Source: Dendrobates tinctorius (lineage: Eukaryota). Taken from it: a DNA stretch of 64,000 nt. The first letter of the stretch is position 1; every line of letters starts with the position of its first letter. The notes under the pieces were generated by a model. It worked only from the letters and a program-made list of their open reading frames with translations. It did not search any database and had not been told where the DNA came from. Both the position numbers and the translations under genes were made by a program. Shown in pieces: positions 1 to 53,044 of this stretch. Where the stretch lies: NCBI RefSeq assembly GCF_039654945.1, contig NW_027361806.1, forward strand, positions 7,688,001 through 7,752,000. Direction: 5' to 3'.

Positions 1-118
1 AAACCAGCTTGCTCGCTAGTCCTGATGGCGGGAGGGGCTGTCTAACGATGTCCCAGCGATCCCATCCATGTCGGATCATTGGTGGGATCGCTGGGACATC
101 CTTATGTGTAACGGGGCC
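1..118. mobile_element. Right end of an ATCGCT-rich MITE
   Basis: GGGATCGCTGG...TGTGTAACGGGGCC followed by TTAA. Confidence 0.65.
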
Positions 119-860
119 TTAAAACTGGCCACTTTTGATAATTTTGATCTAATGGCAGGTCCTCTTTATGGTCTATTTACATGGGAAAGTAATTGGTGAA
201 CAGATGGACTTAACATTTATTTCTAATCCTTAGCCTATATGAACACGTACATATTCGATCAGCTCTCATTCAAGGACGTAAATCGGCGCTTGTAAGTGGA
301 TCTTTAGTCTAGGCTTTAAATATTACTAAACTTAGATGTACGAATTTTGAGCTAAAATCTATTTTTACAATTGTGTTTCATTAAACATTAGTAGTCATTT
401 GGCTCCTACAGGCCCTATACTGTATATCACAGTACACGTCTGGCACAAGAAAATGGTAACTGTGAATCTATCAGTATACTTGTTCTGGTGGTGTTTGTTA
501 TCCTTAACTTTTATCTACAGAACTCCGATCTTTGATGTGGATACACGAGCCGCCCCGGAATCAGATGACCACTGAATAATCTGTGATAGATCTGTAATAA
601 ATCGCTCAGTGCACATCGGCTGTCACTTGGCAGCATGAAGATATTTTGTGCAGCACAACAATTGTTTCAACTGATGAATGAGGGGTTTGCTTGTTTGTCA
701 GATTATTTGCAGTTCGTGTAGACTGCTCGATTATCGTGAACGAGCGTTCCTAGGATCTTTGCCAACTCTACCACCAAAACAAGCTCACTGATAAACTCAC
801 TTTAACTTGTTCTGCAACTAGCAGGGATTTTTAAGTTTACAATTGGATCATTATACGCAC

Positions 861-40386
<39,526 letters not shown>

Positions 40387-42440
40387 TGTGCAGTTTATTC
40401 TGGGGCTTTGGTATAAGTCCCAATGTCTGAGCCTTAGAAACCTGCAATACAGAAGTGATTATAGTCACAGGTTCAAACTAATAGTCACAAAGAAGTGGGC
40501 TCTGTTGTATGAAATGGGGGTTACTCTCCATAAAATGAGGATTGTTGTGTATCTTAGTAACTATAGTGGATATTCTGCAGACTGTAAGCCCCCAAGGGCA
40601 GGCTCCGCTCCCCTTCTGTCCCAGGGTTCCTCTCTGGCCATTGTTAGTTTGTTCATTATAATGTATATAGATTTTTTATTTTGTGTGTAAACCCTTTTTC
40701 ACATGTACAGCACCATGAAATCAATGATACTCTAAATATAAGTAATAATAATGATCATTGTCTACCTGTTCCACCTGATTTACACTGCAGCGCTGACTGT
40801 GCATATTGGAACAAGTTCTATAAAGCACAAGCTGAGCAGAAAGTCACTGAATGGAGAGAATGATTTCAAACACAAAATTGGACTTTCAGTGTTTGTTTTG
40901 TGAAGCTTAATTTTATTTCTATATATATATTTTTTTTTATAGAAAACTATTGTCAGGACAGACACAGCGATATAAGGAGTTGTCTGCCTTTGATTTCGAA
41001 GTTGGATCTATAAAACAGTGCAAAAGTGGTTATTATGATCAGTAATAGATGATCTGTCACTTTGGATAGGTTGTCATTGTTCTTAGCTCACAGGTCCGGG
41101 TGACACAGGACAATTTGCTGCCGAGAACCATGATTTTTAAGCAATTAAATTCAGCATAACCGCTGGGTCTCCTCACAGTTTACAACTAATTACTTAGTTT
41201 CCCAGAATATTGTAAAGTGACTGTTCTAAAAAGAAGGATCTCTCCAAAGAGGAAAACCCATTTTTGGTTATGTTGCCATTTGCTGCTGATTTTATTAATG
41301 AAAATTCTACAACTGCCCAATTTATCAGAAACGCCTCCATTCAGAAACAATATTCAGTGGCAGAAATTTCTGGAACAAAATCTGCAGTATGGAAATTCAC
41401 CCTTAATAAAAGTACTTTTTAATAGCAGATATAGTGAGAGTTTATGTGGTCCAGTTCACATATCAGATCCCGAATGCATTTTTTTAAATTATAAATAGTG
41501 GGAAAGGAATAGAGACATTGAAATAAAAAAACATAAAGTGTTCAAATGTGAAGAGGCATAAAAAATATTTTTTTAAGGCAAAATTAACTGTTTCATTCAC
41601 CAATTTAAAAAAAATATAGAAAACGGTGGTAATTCACATCTTTTGAGGGGTGAAGGAGTCTTAGCCTTAGGATATCCTTTCATATTTGTAACACAGAGTG
41701 ATCCCAGTTATTTCGTCATTACTAGTTCCTTTACTCGTTCTTGATGATATAATGCCGTTTTGAGTCATTTCAATGAGCCGTCATTAGCACAGCTGATACA
41801 TCATATCCTATGAAATTATATTGTTTGTTCGTTATGGAAATGAGCGAGGCAAAAGTTGAAAATATGTTGATTATAATTATGTACATAATAAAGGCAGGCT
41901 CGTAAAACCGGTCTATAAGTTATGATAGATCAATCAACATTTATTTTTTTAGCTCCGGGACTTTTAAGTTACACAGTGATTGTGACTGCGGCGGAAAGAT
42001 TAAAAGCAAAACTAGGACAACCAGGGCGAGAACTTCGTAATTTACAGACAGATCTTGCAAAGGTTAAATTGACTTAGATATCGCAGAACTGGGATATCTC
42101 GGCACAAAAATGTGTAATTCTATGCCTACAGATCTAATAAGGGTTACCTTGACTCAAATACCACAGCCCTGGATATTGTGACATCTAACCCAACAATGGA
42201 CATTGAAGATAACTTTCTCTGACAAGTTGCATTGTGACTCATATTCTTTGTCATATCTGTACAATCAGTGGCAGTCCACCAAAGGTTAAAAACCTGGGTA
42301 CACGTGCTGAGGGATGAGCATGGAACAATCTGTAATAGCTGAATCAGTGCCATTGTTCTTGTCAGTGCAAGTACGATGTGCTGCCAAGAGTGACAATTTT
42401 TAAGCAGGCTTAAAAATTATTTCACAATATGAATAAAGAG

Positions 42441-42749
42441 TAGTGATGAGCGAGTATACTCGTTGCTCGGGTTTTTCCGAGCATGCTCTGGTGGTCTCCG
42501 AGTATTCCGGCGTGCTCGGGGATTTAGATTTTGCTGCCTCAGCTGCATGATTTGCGACTGCTAGACAGCTTGAATACATGTGTGGAATGCCTATTTGTTA
42601 GGGAATTCCCACATGTATTCAGCCTGTCTACAGGTCACAAATCATGCAGCTGAGACAAGGAAAGCTAAATCTCAGAGCACCAAAATACTCGGAGATCACC
42701 CGAGCATGCTCGGGTAGACCCGAGCAACGGTGCTACTCGCCCATCACTA
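42441..42749. mobile_element. hAT MITE, palindromic
   Basis: TAGTGATGAGCGAG...CTCGCCCATCACTA; exact 8-bp TSD ATAAAGAG. Confidence 0.88.
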
Positions 42750-45700
42750 ATAAAGAGTTTTACTAATGTATCAGGTGGTCACTGAAATATTATCATGAAA
42801 CAATCATTCCTAGAAACACTCATTCATGATCATATTTCAGTGTCAGTGCTACCTTCTGGACTCATAATTTGCAGTTGGTGGTACACTTGAAACACCTGTC
42901 ATGTTGTTATCCATTGTAATTTAGTGACAACAAACCCCATGACTTAGGAAAGTCTGACTGACGGCTTCACTGTAATGACCCCTCCCAAAACCCACACTTA
43001 CCCCTTCTTAACTTAAATAAGACACGACTGCGTGACATTGGATGTAAAAGGACACAGCAGCCCCGTTTATTAACACCAAACAAGCAATAACATTTTATCC
43101 ATAAACGTAGAAATATTCCATAAACATAACCACCAGCAAAAGGAGGGGGGGTAAATGAAGAGTCCATTGTACATGATTGCAACACCAGCTCCACCACGTG
43201 CCCTCAGCCGCACCACACCGGCTCGAGGACACCCAGCCGAGTGTTGCAAAACCCATTGTACATGATTGCAACACCAGCTCCACCACGTGCCCTCAGCCGC
43301 ACCACACCGGCTCGAGGACACCCAGCCGAGTGTTGCCCAACCAATGTCCTGCTGGGACCCAGCCCAGCAGGGACCCACGTTAACATGCCCCGCTGTGACC
43401 GAGCACAGCAGGGTCCCACGTTAACATGTCCCGCTGTGACCCAGCACAGCTGGGACCCACCTTAACCAAGTATACCATTGCACCACCAGGGGTAACCCGC
43501 TCCTGCACTGGGTTCACCCCCCTGCTCTTTGTGCAATCCACCGACTTCAAATACCCCCCTCCTTTCCGCCGACTGCTGCGACAACGTCAAACCTCTTCTT
43601 CTCTTCACCATGTCGATCTCCAGAAGATCCTAAAATTAGGGCGGGAGGGCGGGATGATTCCGGACGTCTGCAAGGTAAGGAATGACCATCCCCCCACAGT
43701 TCTGCCCTATATATCCCTCCCACTACTGACCACTCCCTGCCAACTCACATTGCACAAAAAGCCCCATAGCTCCAACCCACACCTTCCCCACAAGCACAAA
43801 GCACTACTGACCACTCCCTGCCAACTCACATTGCACCATAAGCCCCATAGCTCCAACCCACACCTTCCCCACAAACACAAAAGCACTACACCTTACCCTT
43901 CACTAACCCTCAGGCCTAGCATCCCTCCTTAGTCATGTGCGCCCTCCCTGTAGCCCCTTTGGGGCAGGCGTCCGGGCTTGCCTTGACTTAGGAAAGTCTG
44001 ACTGACGGCTTCACTGTAATGACCCCTCCCAAAACCCACACTTACCCCTTCTTAACTTAAATAAGACACAACTGCGTGACATTGGATGTAAAAGGCCACA
44101 GCAGCCCCGTTTATTAACACCAAACAAGCAATAACATTTTATCCATAAACGTAGAAATATTCCATAAACATAACCACCAGCAAAAGGAGGGGGGGTAAAT
44201 GAAGAGTCCATTGTACATGATTGCAACACCAGCTCCACCACGTGCCCTCAGCCGCACCACACCGGCTCGAGGACACCCAGCCGAGTGTTGCAAAACCCAT
44301 TGTACATGATTGCAACACCAGCTCCACCACGTGCCCTCAGCCGCACCACACCGGCTCGAGGACACCCAGCCGAGTGTTGCCCAACCAATGTCCTGCTGGG
44401 ACCCAGCCCAGCAGGGACCCACGTTAACATGCCCCGCTGTGACCGAGCACAGCAGGGTCCCACGTTAACATGTCCCGCTGTGACCCAGCACAGCTGGGAC
44501 TCACCTTAACCAAGTATACCATTGCACCACCAGGGGTAACCCGCTCCTGCACTGGGTTCACCCCCCCGCTCTTTGTGCAATCCACCGACTTCAAATACCC
44601 CCCTCCTTTCCGCCACCACGAGCACGTATGACACCTTGTACGTGCGAGTACCACCACCAAAAACCCAACCCGAGCCGACTCTGCGGCTCGAGTAACCAAT
44701 GTTTCTGTACCAAGACCAATCAATCAAAACTGATCCCCATTAGACCTCACAATGCCAACCTACACCAAAATACCAGTACAACAAGGTCAGCCACACCCAA
44801 GACCTGCAACTAGCCAACTGCATCGTCCAATCCTATGCACCGCCTGCGCGACCAGTCCCCAACCTGAGCCGCCGCCTCTGCCTCGTTGAGACCGCAACAT
44901 TGCAGGCGCCTCCGAAAATTATACTTCACCTAATAATTAATCAAAGCCAACCATTATTGCCGTGAACAAAAGAACCTACATTGGTTCCCCAAACCTCCGA
45001 TAGATTCTTGAAAATGTGCCCAGTAAAACCCACTATGTAGTCATTCCAAACAGGAGCCCCTATGGACACCAACATGAGCACGGCTCCCAGGCAGAAAATT
45101 GCACTCCACCTGATAATAATCAAAGCCAACCATTATAGACGTAACAACAGAACCTACACTGGTTCCCCAACCTCCGACAGATTCTTGAAAAACGTGCCCC
45201 ACTATGTAGTCATGAACAACAACACGAGCATGGCTCCCAGGCAGGAGCATTCAGGCCCGATGTCTCAGATCAAACTCCTTGACGCCCCAGCGACCAAGTC
45301 TCCACCACACACGTGCAGTACCAAAACGCTGTTGGTCCCGTCAACCCTGCGTGATAGCATGTATCCTAAAATATCCACCCAACTAGAAAACATAAACCAA
45401 TCCACCCCGTAATCACCACGACCCGGAACGAATTAATTGTGTGCATCACCCATGCACTTCGAACCCAGAATCACAACACTATTGTTGCCACCCTCTTACC
45501 AAAAGTGAGATGTACTCCGCACCCATTCCCCACTGAACTGCGGATTCGACACTACTCACAAAAGAAAGAAAAGCGACTCCACACCACCTGAAGTCCAGGA
45601 AAACTCAGACACACATCACGTCTCCCGAAAACCCCAGACACCATAAACCCGGGCCATCCGTCAAAACATTGCACTCACCGGTGCCCGATGCTTGTCCACC

Positions 45701-48700
45701 ACTCAGCCTTAAAGCACCGCAAAAAGCACCCCCAAACGGAGCACAGCCCCAGACGATTACCAGGTCCTTAGAATCATTAAAAGTCAATGCACATCGCACT
45801 AGCTTCCCCTGCCACAGCATACCACCAGCCTGACATTAATGAAAGTAATGTTATAGCTGCAACCTGCTCACCCACTACCTAAAGTACACCTCCCCCGCAG
45901 CAGCGCTGCACCACAACCGTGTCCCCATAATACCAGCCGGTCCTGACAAGTGCGCATAACGGAATAAATGACATAGCCATGTATTGCCGGACGGGCTACA
46001 CCCACGCGGGAGACCATTCACACGGCCATCGAAACAACATGTCCTGCCTCATGCTCTATACAGAATTCCTGACAAATGGAACAACACCCGCTGGATAAAC
46101 AAACCGTTCACCAACCAGGACCCCCGAGACCAGTAAAGCGCACGCTGGGTTACCCAACTCAAATGTTGCATCATCCTTGCGCAACACTTCACCCTGGCCC
46201 CCCCGTCCGGGGGCACCCAAAAAGAAAAGACTCTAAGGAGAGCTGTATACCCAGAAGGCAAAGCAGGACCAGCTGCACCCACAATAAACCTCCTAGCCCA
46301 TTGTAACGAAAAACTATCCACTCTGTATAATAAACTCCTACGTAGCTGCAATCAACGGCTGTAACAAATACCACCCGATACAGTCTGCCAAAAGCTCAAT
46401 CGGCAACCCTAAAGAACCGCAGTGAGAACCCACCAGTCCTTACGTACAAAAGTTGTTAAAACTGCCCCAGGGCAGCCACGACCAGCAAATTACCGTAAGA
46501 ACGCCATATGACTGCAGATCATGCAAAAACCCCCAGTGGATCGTAGCCCCACGTATTCAATAACCAAAATCAACCCCCCAAAACAGCAGCGCGATATACA
46601 CGGGAACCTAATAACGACCCCCGACCTGACACGATGTACTCGTTAACCTAACCTGACTTAGACATAGGGCCCCAGGTGAATCAAACACTTTGACTTATCC
46701 AAACACATGATAACCGCAACAACGCCCTGAGCATGAAGAAACCCAAAGTAGTCAAGGGTTGGACCATGAACAGAAATAAGCACACCACCTTCCCTAATAC
46801 CAGATACTAGTCCCAGGTTGGACCATGAACAGAAAATAAGCACTGCACCATCCCTAATACTAGATAATCCCCGACTACCACACAGAAACCAAACCACGGA
46901 CCTCAACAACCGGACATTGACCAACCATAACCCCAGCTCCACGCCATATCTACGTACCCCCAGAAATTAACCAGGAAAACAAATCCGGTAAAAGGTCAAC
47001 TCCAAGCCCCCCGGGGGAAATGTCATCCATTGCTGCCAGAAAGGCAGGTTCCCGAAAGATCTGCCGTCCCAAGCATCTCGACCTCACCAGAACGTCTTCC
47101 GCAACAAACCAAAATGCCCCTAGTGAACATGAAAACCCTTAGTACACTCAAAACCCCTATTGGAGAACCGAACCCGGCATATAAATAAAACACACCCTAA
47201 TGAAAACTCGACCACCTACCCTCTCACCTCTGACCAGCAATAGAACACACCCTACTGTAACGTGAAAGATTAAGCCGCCCGATGCACTACCCAAACAGAT
47301 CACCACATCAGTGAACTGCCATCCAACCCTTATCAAATACTAGGCGCGGCGATAAAACTGCTCACCACATCAGTGAACTACCATCAAACCCTCATCAAAT
47401 ACTAGGCGCGGCGATAAAACTGCTCACCACATCAGTGAACTACCATCAAACCCTTATCAAATACTTGGCGCGGCGATAATCCTCCAGCCCAAAGACCCCA
47501 TGCCTATAACAATAAACCATAAAACTGGCATGGATATGGCTATCCACCACCGCTCTGCCAATATCCGTATCACCACCTGAATTACTCACAAACCGCCATG
47601 GAATCACCACCAGTCATACACAAACACCCAGAGAATGCAAGCACAATTATACTAACCAAAATAAAATGATGTCGTCACCTATAGATATACCCACTATCAT
47701 AAAAGCAAACTAGCATGAAATTAAAAAATACCTCCCAACACTCATGAAGTGCACAAAACAGCCTCCTGGACCACAAAGCAACCATTCCCTCACAGATTCG
47801 AACGCTGTCCACATGGACCAGCCGCGCATCTTTCCGAACCCCCAGACAAACACCCGAAACCATACGTAGCAACACCCTTCCCAACCAATATAATCTAGAC
47901 ATTAATAAAGGTTTAAGTGAGCCTTACTTACTAGGCTGACTCCGCGGAACCCCACGGAACAGCCGTCACGTGTCCTCCGCGTCGAGCACCGCAACTGCGA
48001 TCTTCTCCATGGATCTACGCCGACTGCAGCCCTCCTGGGCCGCAGCGCCAGCGCCCAGACCGACTGTCCGTCCGGGAACGCATGGCAAAAAGTCACTGGC
48101 TCGGAGCCTCAAACAGGGGGGGGAGGTTGGCGCTCCAGCCGCAGGCAACACCTCCTGAATCTGGCACCCAATGCCGGGGGAACGCGACGCCGGACCACAT
48201 GACCTGTGGCCCCTGGCAGCTGAAGGGTGGCCACATGACCGAGCCACCGCCCGCTTCCCCCCAGCGCCGCGAGAAAGGAAATGAGGCCGGTGAAGTCACA
48301 CACCACCTCGCCACCGGGCTCCTTGCCGCGTCACGTCACCGCCGTCCACCGATGCCGATGACCGCGCCGGGTCAGGTGACCACGCCGGGTAACGTGGCCG
48401 CGACGTGCGCGTCACCACTGTGTGACGCGATCCGAAATGGAGGGGAGGCCGGCCACGTCACTCACCGCCCCGTTACCTTGCTGCCTGCTTCTCGACTTCT
48501 GGCTCCGGCCCCGCGATGTCTCCTGCAACAGGTCTGCTAATGGGGCTCATCCTCCGCTGCAAACTTAACTCCGGGCTGAGGTGCTCAGGAGGCCGTGATC
48601 GTCGCTGCCGCTTCGGAGGCAGAGGGGTCCCATCTTCTCCGCCGTCGCCATCACCAGACCATCGCTGCAGCTGTTCCTTCATCCACTGCTGGCCGCGCTG

Positions 48701-48778
48701 CTCCATCATCCTCTTCATCTGTGCCACGAGGTATTCCATCTTCTGGATCCAAAGATTCAAGCTGAAGTCCCAGAAGTT

Positions 48779-49195
48779 CCAGGTGCAAAAATTAAAGATG
48801 TGTCTGACAGGATATCAGGACTCTTCAGACCTACAGATGACTACCCATTCCTGCTACTACATGTGGGGACAAATGACACCGCAAGAAACGACCTGGAAAC
48901 CATCTGCAGAGACTTTGAAGACTTAGGCAAGAAAGTGAAAGAACTGGGAGCGCAGGTGGTCTTCTCTTCCATCCTCCCAGTGGATGGCCATGGAACAAGG
49001 AGGTGGAATAAGATTCTGCAGGTGAACAACTGGCTACGTCGATGGTGCCGTCAGCAACGATTTGGATTTCTGGATCACGGAGTGAACTACTTATACGATG
49101 GACTACTTGCTAGAGATGGGGTGCACCTTACGAAGACTGGAAAGCATGTATTTGGAAGTCGCCTTGCTACACTTGTAAGGAGAGCTTTAAACTAG
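48779..49195 (+). CDS. CR1 ORF1 fragment (SGNH esterase-like domain)
   Basis: PGAKIKDV, LLHVGTND and RDGVHL motifs. Confidence 0.85.
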   Translation, partial: PGAKIKDVSDRISGLFRPTDDYPFLLLHVGTNDTARNDLETICRDFEDLGKKVKELGAQVVFSSILPVDGHGTRRWNKILQVNNWLRRWCRQQRFGFLDHGVNYLYDGLLARDGVHLTKTGKHVFGSRLATLVRRALN

Positions 49196-49374
49196 AACAA
49201 CATGGGAAGGGAAGCAAAAGACCAGAAAATGCCATACACCTGACAAATACTATTGAGAACTCTGCTAATAGAAGTGGAAAGGAAGAACAAAGACGAAAGA
49301 ATCTAATTAATAAAAATATTGGAGAAAGAGAAACCAATCACAAACTAAAATGTTTCTATACTAATGCACAAAGC

Positions 49375-52107
49375 ATGGGCAACAAACAAGGAGAATTGGA
49401 ACTACTAACACAGGAAAAGAAATATGATGTCATTGGAATCACTGAAACTTGGTGGGACGATACACATGATTGGAATACAAGACTAGAAGGATACAACTTA
49501 TTTGCAAGAAACAGACTTGATAAACGAGGAGGAGGTGTTGCATTGTATGTTAGAAACGCGTATATCTGCACAGAGATTGAAGCTTCAGAGACTGGGAGTT
49601 CTGTGGAAACTGTTTGGGTAAGAATACAAGGACAGAACAATGGAAAGGACACCATTGTAGGCATTTACTACAGGCCGCCTGTGCAAGCTGAAGATATGGA
49701 TGAACTCTTTATGCATCAAATGGCCAAGTTCTCCAAAAAATATGACATAGTTGTCATGGGAGATTTCAACTATCCAGACATTTGTTGGGAATCTCTCTCA
49801 GGCAAAACTAACAGGTCAAGGAAATTCTTATCCTCTCTTGCTGACAACTTTATCTTCCAAAAGGTAGGGGAGAAAACAAGGGGAACTGCTACCTTGGATC
49901 TAATCCTTATAAACAGGGAGGAAATGGTTGAGGAGGTAAAAGTGGCTGGAACCCTAGGAGGTAGCGACCATGCTATTTTAGAATTTTGGATAACTAGAGG
50001 CGGAAGACCTGTGAAGACTCAGACGTCAAGGTTAGATTTCAGAAAGGCAGATTTTAAGGGATTCAGAAAGATAATTGGAGGGATCCAATGGCTGGATATC
50101 CTTAAAGACAAAAATGTCCAGGAAGGATGGGAAATCTTGAAAAATGAAATTCTCAAAGCACAGTTGTTAACAATTCCGAAAAGAGGGAAGAATAGGAAGC
50201 ATTTAAGGAAACCAGGATGGGTGAACACAGAACTTAAGCACATGCTAAAAAGGAAGAAAAAAATGTTTATAAAATGGAAAGAGGGAGGCATATCTAAAGA
50301 AGAATATAATGCTGTCTGCAAAATCTGCAGGGCACAAATCAGATTAGCTAAAGCTGAAAATGAATTGAGGCTTGCAAGAGATGTCAAAAACAATAATAAA
50401 GGATTTTGGGGATATGTCAAAAGTAAAAGAAAAGTCAAAGATGCTATAGGATTTTTACAGGATGAAAATGATGAAATGGTAAGACAGGATGTTGAGAAGG
50501 CTGAACTTTTAAATTCCTATTTTGCATCTGTTTTCTCTCAGAAAGGAATTGTAACACCAACTGTTATTCACTGTCCTATTAAGGGAATAGAAGAATCCAG
50601 GATATCTATAAACAGAAAGATAGTGAGGAAACACTTAGCTAACCTAAATGAATTCAAGTCTCCAGGTCCAGATGAATTACACCCCAGAGTACTGAAGGAG
50701 ATAGCAGAAGAAATTTCTGAACCACTCTCCATAATCTTTGAAAATTCTTGGAGAACAGGAGAAGTGCCAGAAGACTGGAGAAGAGCTAATGTTGTTCCTA
50801 TCTTCAAAAAGGGGAAGAAGGTGGACCCAGGCAACTATAGGCCGGTGAGTCTGACTTCTATACCAGGAAAGATCTTTGAACAAATTATTAAACAACATGT
50901 AAGTCAATACCTGGATAAGAATGAAGTGATCAAACAGAGTCAGCATGGGTTTGTAACTAATAAGTCATGTCAGACTAACTTAATTTCCTTCTATGACGGT
51001 ATCACTGATTGGGTGGATCAAGGAAATGCTGTAGATATAGTATATCTTGACTTCAGCAAAGCATTTGACAAAGTCTCTCATACAATCCTTATTGAAAAAA
51101 TGACTAAGTATGGAATGGACAAGGCAACTGTTAGGTGGATTCATAGCTGGCTTAGTGATCGGACCCAAAGAGTGGTCGTAAATGGCTGCACATCCAGTTG
51201 GAAGAATGTCTCAAGTGGGGTACCACAGGGCTCTGTCCTGGGCCCTGTATTGTTCAACATCTTTATCAACGATTTAGATGAAGGAATTGAGGGTAAACTG
51301 ATTAAATTTGCTGATGACACAAAGCTAGGAGGGATAGCTAATACTAGAGAAGAGAGAGAGAGGATTCAAAAAGATTTAAATAAACTGGAGAAGTGGGCAG
51401 TAACTAACAGAATGGTTTTTAACAGGGAGAAATTCAAAGTACTACATCTGGGCAATAAAAATGAAAAAAGCATATATATAATGGGAGGAATAGGGCTAAG
51501 TGACAGCACATGTGAAAAAGACTTGGGTATACTAATAGATCACAGACTGAATATGAGTCAACAGTGTGATGCAGCAGCAAAAAAGGCAAATGCAGTTCTA
51601 GGATGTATTAACAGAAGCATACAGTCTAGATCACGTGAAGTCATTATTTCCCTCTACTCCTCTTTGGTCAGACCTCATCTGGAATATTGTGTCCAGTTTT
51701 GGGCACCACATTTTAAAAAAGACATCAACAAACTGGAGCAAGTTCAGAAAAGAGCGACCAGAATGGTGACCGGTCTGCAAACCCTGTCTTATGAGGAAAG
51801 GTTGCAGGATTTGGGAATGTTTAGTTTGCTAAAGAGAAGACTGAGAGGAGACTTAATTGCTGTCTACAAATATCTAAAGGGCTGTCACATTGTAGAAGGA
51901 TCAACTTTATTCTCATTTGCACAAGGAAAGACTAGAAGCAATGGGATGAAACTGAATGGGAGGAGACACAGATTAGATATTAGAAAAAACTTTTTGACAG
52001 TTAGAGTGATCAATGAGTGGAACAGGCTGCCACGAGAAGTGGTGAGTTCTCCTTCAATGGAAGTCTTCAAACAGAGGCTGGACAGACATCTGACTGGGAT
52101 GATTTAG
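49375..52107 (+). CDS. CR1 ORF2: AP endonuclease + reverse transcriptase
   Basis: GITETW, GDFN, GSDH; YLDFSKAFD, SGVPQGSVLGP, KFADD; 910 aa uninterrupted, and the frame stays open upstream to at least 49195. Confidence 0.96.
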   Translation: MGNKQGELELLTQEKKYDVIGITETWWDDTHDWNTRLEGYNLFARNRLDKRGGGVALYVRNAYICTEIEASETGSSVETVWVRIQGQNNGKDTIVGIYYRPPVQAEDMDELFMHQMAKFSKKYDIVVMGDFNYPDICWESLSGKTNRSRKFLSSLADNFIFQKVGEKTRGTATLDLILINREEMVEEVKVAGTLGGSDHAILEFWITRGGRPVKTQTSRLDFRKADFKGFRKIIGGIQWLDILKDKNVQEGWEILKNEILKAQLLTIPKRGKNRKHLRKPGWVNTELKHMLKRKKKMFIKWKEGGISKEEYNAVCKICRAQIRLAKAENELRLARDVKNNNKGFWGYVKSKRKVKDAIGFLQDENDEMVRQDVEKAELLNSYFASVFSQKGIVTPTVIHCPIKGIEESRISINRKIVRKHLANLNEFKSPGPDELHPRVLKEIAEEISEPLSIIFENSWRTGEVPEDWRRANVVPIFKKGKKVDPGNYRPVSLTSIPGKIFEQIIKQHVSQYLDKNEVIKQSQHGFVTNKSCQTNLISFYDGITDWVDQGNAVDIVYLDFSKAFDKVSHTILIEKMTKYGMDKATVRWIHSWLSDRTQRVVVNGCTSSWKNVSSGVPQGSVLGPVLFNIFINDLDEGIEGKLIKFADDTKLGGIANTREERERIQKDLNKLEKWAVTNRMVFNREKFKVLHLGNKNEKSIYIMGGIGLSDSTCEKDLGILIDHRLNMSQQCDAAAKKANAVLGCINRSIQSRSREVIISLYSSLVRPHLEYCVQFWAPHFKKDINKLEQVQKRATRMVTGLQTLSYEERLQDLGMFSLLKRRLRGDLIAVYKYLKGCHIVEGSTLFSFAQGKTRSNGMKLNGRRHRLDIRKNFLTVRVINEWNRLPREVVSSPSMEVFKQRLDRHLTGMI

Positions 52108-53044
52108 CGAATCCTGCTTTGAGCAGGGGGTTGGACCAGATGGCCCAGGAGGTCCCTTCCAACTCTACGATTCTATGATTCTATGATTCTATGTGAGGAG
52201 CTGACGATTCCGGACGTCTGCAAGGTAAGGAATGACCATCCCCCCACAGTTCTGCCCTATATATCCCTCCCACTACTGGCCACTCCCTGCCAACTCACAT
52301 TGCACAATAAGCCCCATAGCTCCAACCCACACCTTCCCCACAAGCACAAAGCACTACTGACCACTCCCTGCCAACTCACATTGCACCATAAGCCCCATAG
52401 CTCCAACCCACACCTTCCCCACAAACACAAAAGCACTACACCTTACCCTTCACTAACCCTCAGGCCTAGCATCCCTCCTTAGTCATGTGCGCCCTCCCTG
52501 TAGCCCCTTTGGGGCAGGCGTCCGGGCTTGCCTTTAGCTCGATATCCAACAAAGTTACAAAATCAATGCTGACCTTTTTCTTTTCAGTTGATGCCTACGG
52601 GAGTTTGGGGCTGTGATCAAAGCAACTTTTGGAATGTCGACTGAGGTGGCTAAAGTTTACAGTAACCGAACCATCTCAGTGATCATTGTACTGGAAATTC
52701 AAAAAGTCTTAAATATAGGACCCACTAAATGTGTCAAAGTTAGATATCTATGATACTTCATTTACTGTAGGATCTTTCCAAGTCCTACATTTGCTATTAT
52801 TTTGGATAGTCAAGGAGGTTCACTTAAAGAATGACCGTGCTTGCTATTCCCCATGCATTCTGACTTATACATCCAATAAATGACTGAAGGGTAGATAAGT
52901 CTAGGGGGCAAGTGTGAATATTCTTCCCATGTCCTTGTGATCCATCCCTGGATCTTTGTTAGAGTCTGTAGAGCTGGTGTTGCCACACGAGGATTACATC
53001 AAACAGTGTCCTCAACATGTTACTTATCAGGGAATATATGCGAC

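Larger units (their letters stand above)
48778..52193 (+). mobile_element. CR1 LINE, 5'-truncated within ORF1, nested in the Ngaro element
   Basis: ORF1 esterase C-terminus, intact ORF2, and an (ATTCTATG)n 3' tail ending at 52193. Confidence 0.96.
42940..52533 (-). mobile_element. Ngaro-type (DIRS order) tyrosine-recombinase retrotransposon with split direct repeats and a decayed coding region
   Basis: A1 52206-52533, B1 43984-44614, A2 43656-43983 and B2 42940-43570 give the A1..B1-A2-B2 layout. Minus-strand remnants: gag-like N-terminus near 48739, recombinase-like AFCGALRLS (~45700-45725) and HRIGR (~44825-44840). No TSD seen. Confidence 0.85.

Noticed and set aside
42144-42353. 69-aa ORF ending at donor-like AAG|GTAACC
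   Set aside because: No recognisable protein. It could be an alternative 5'UTR exon, but support is too weak.
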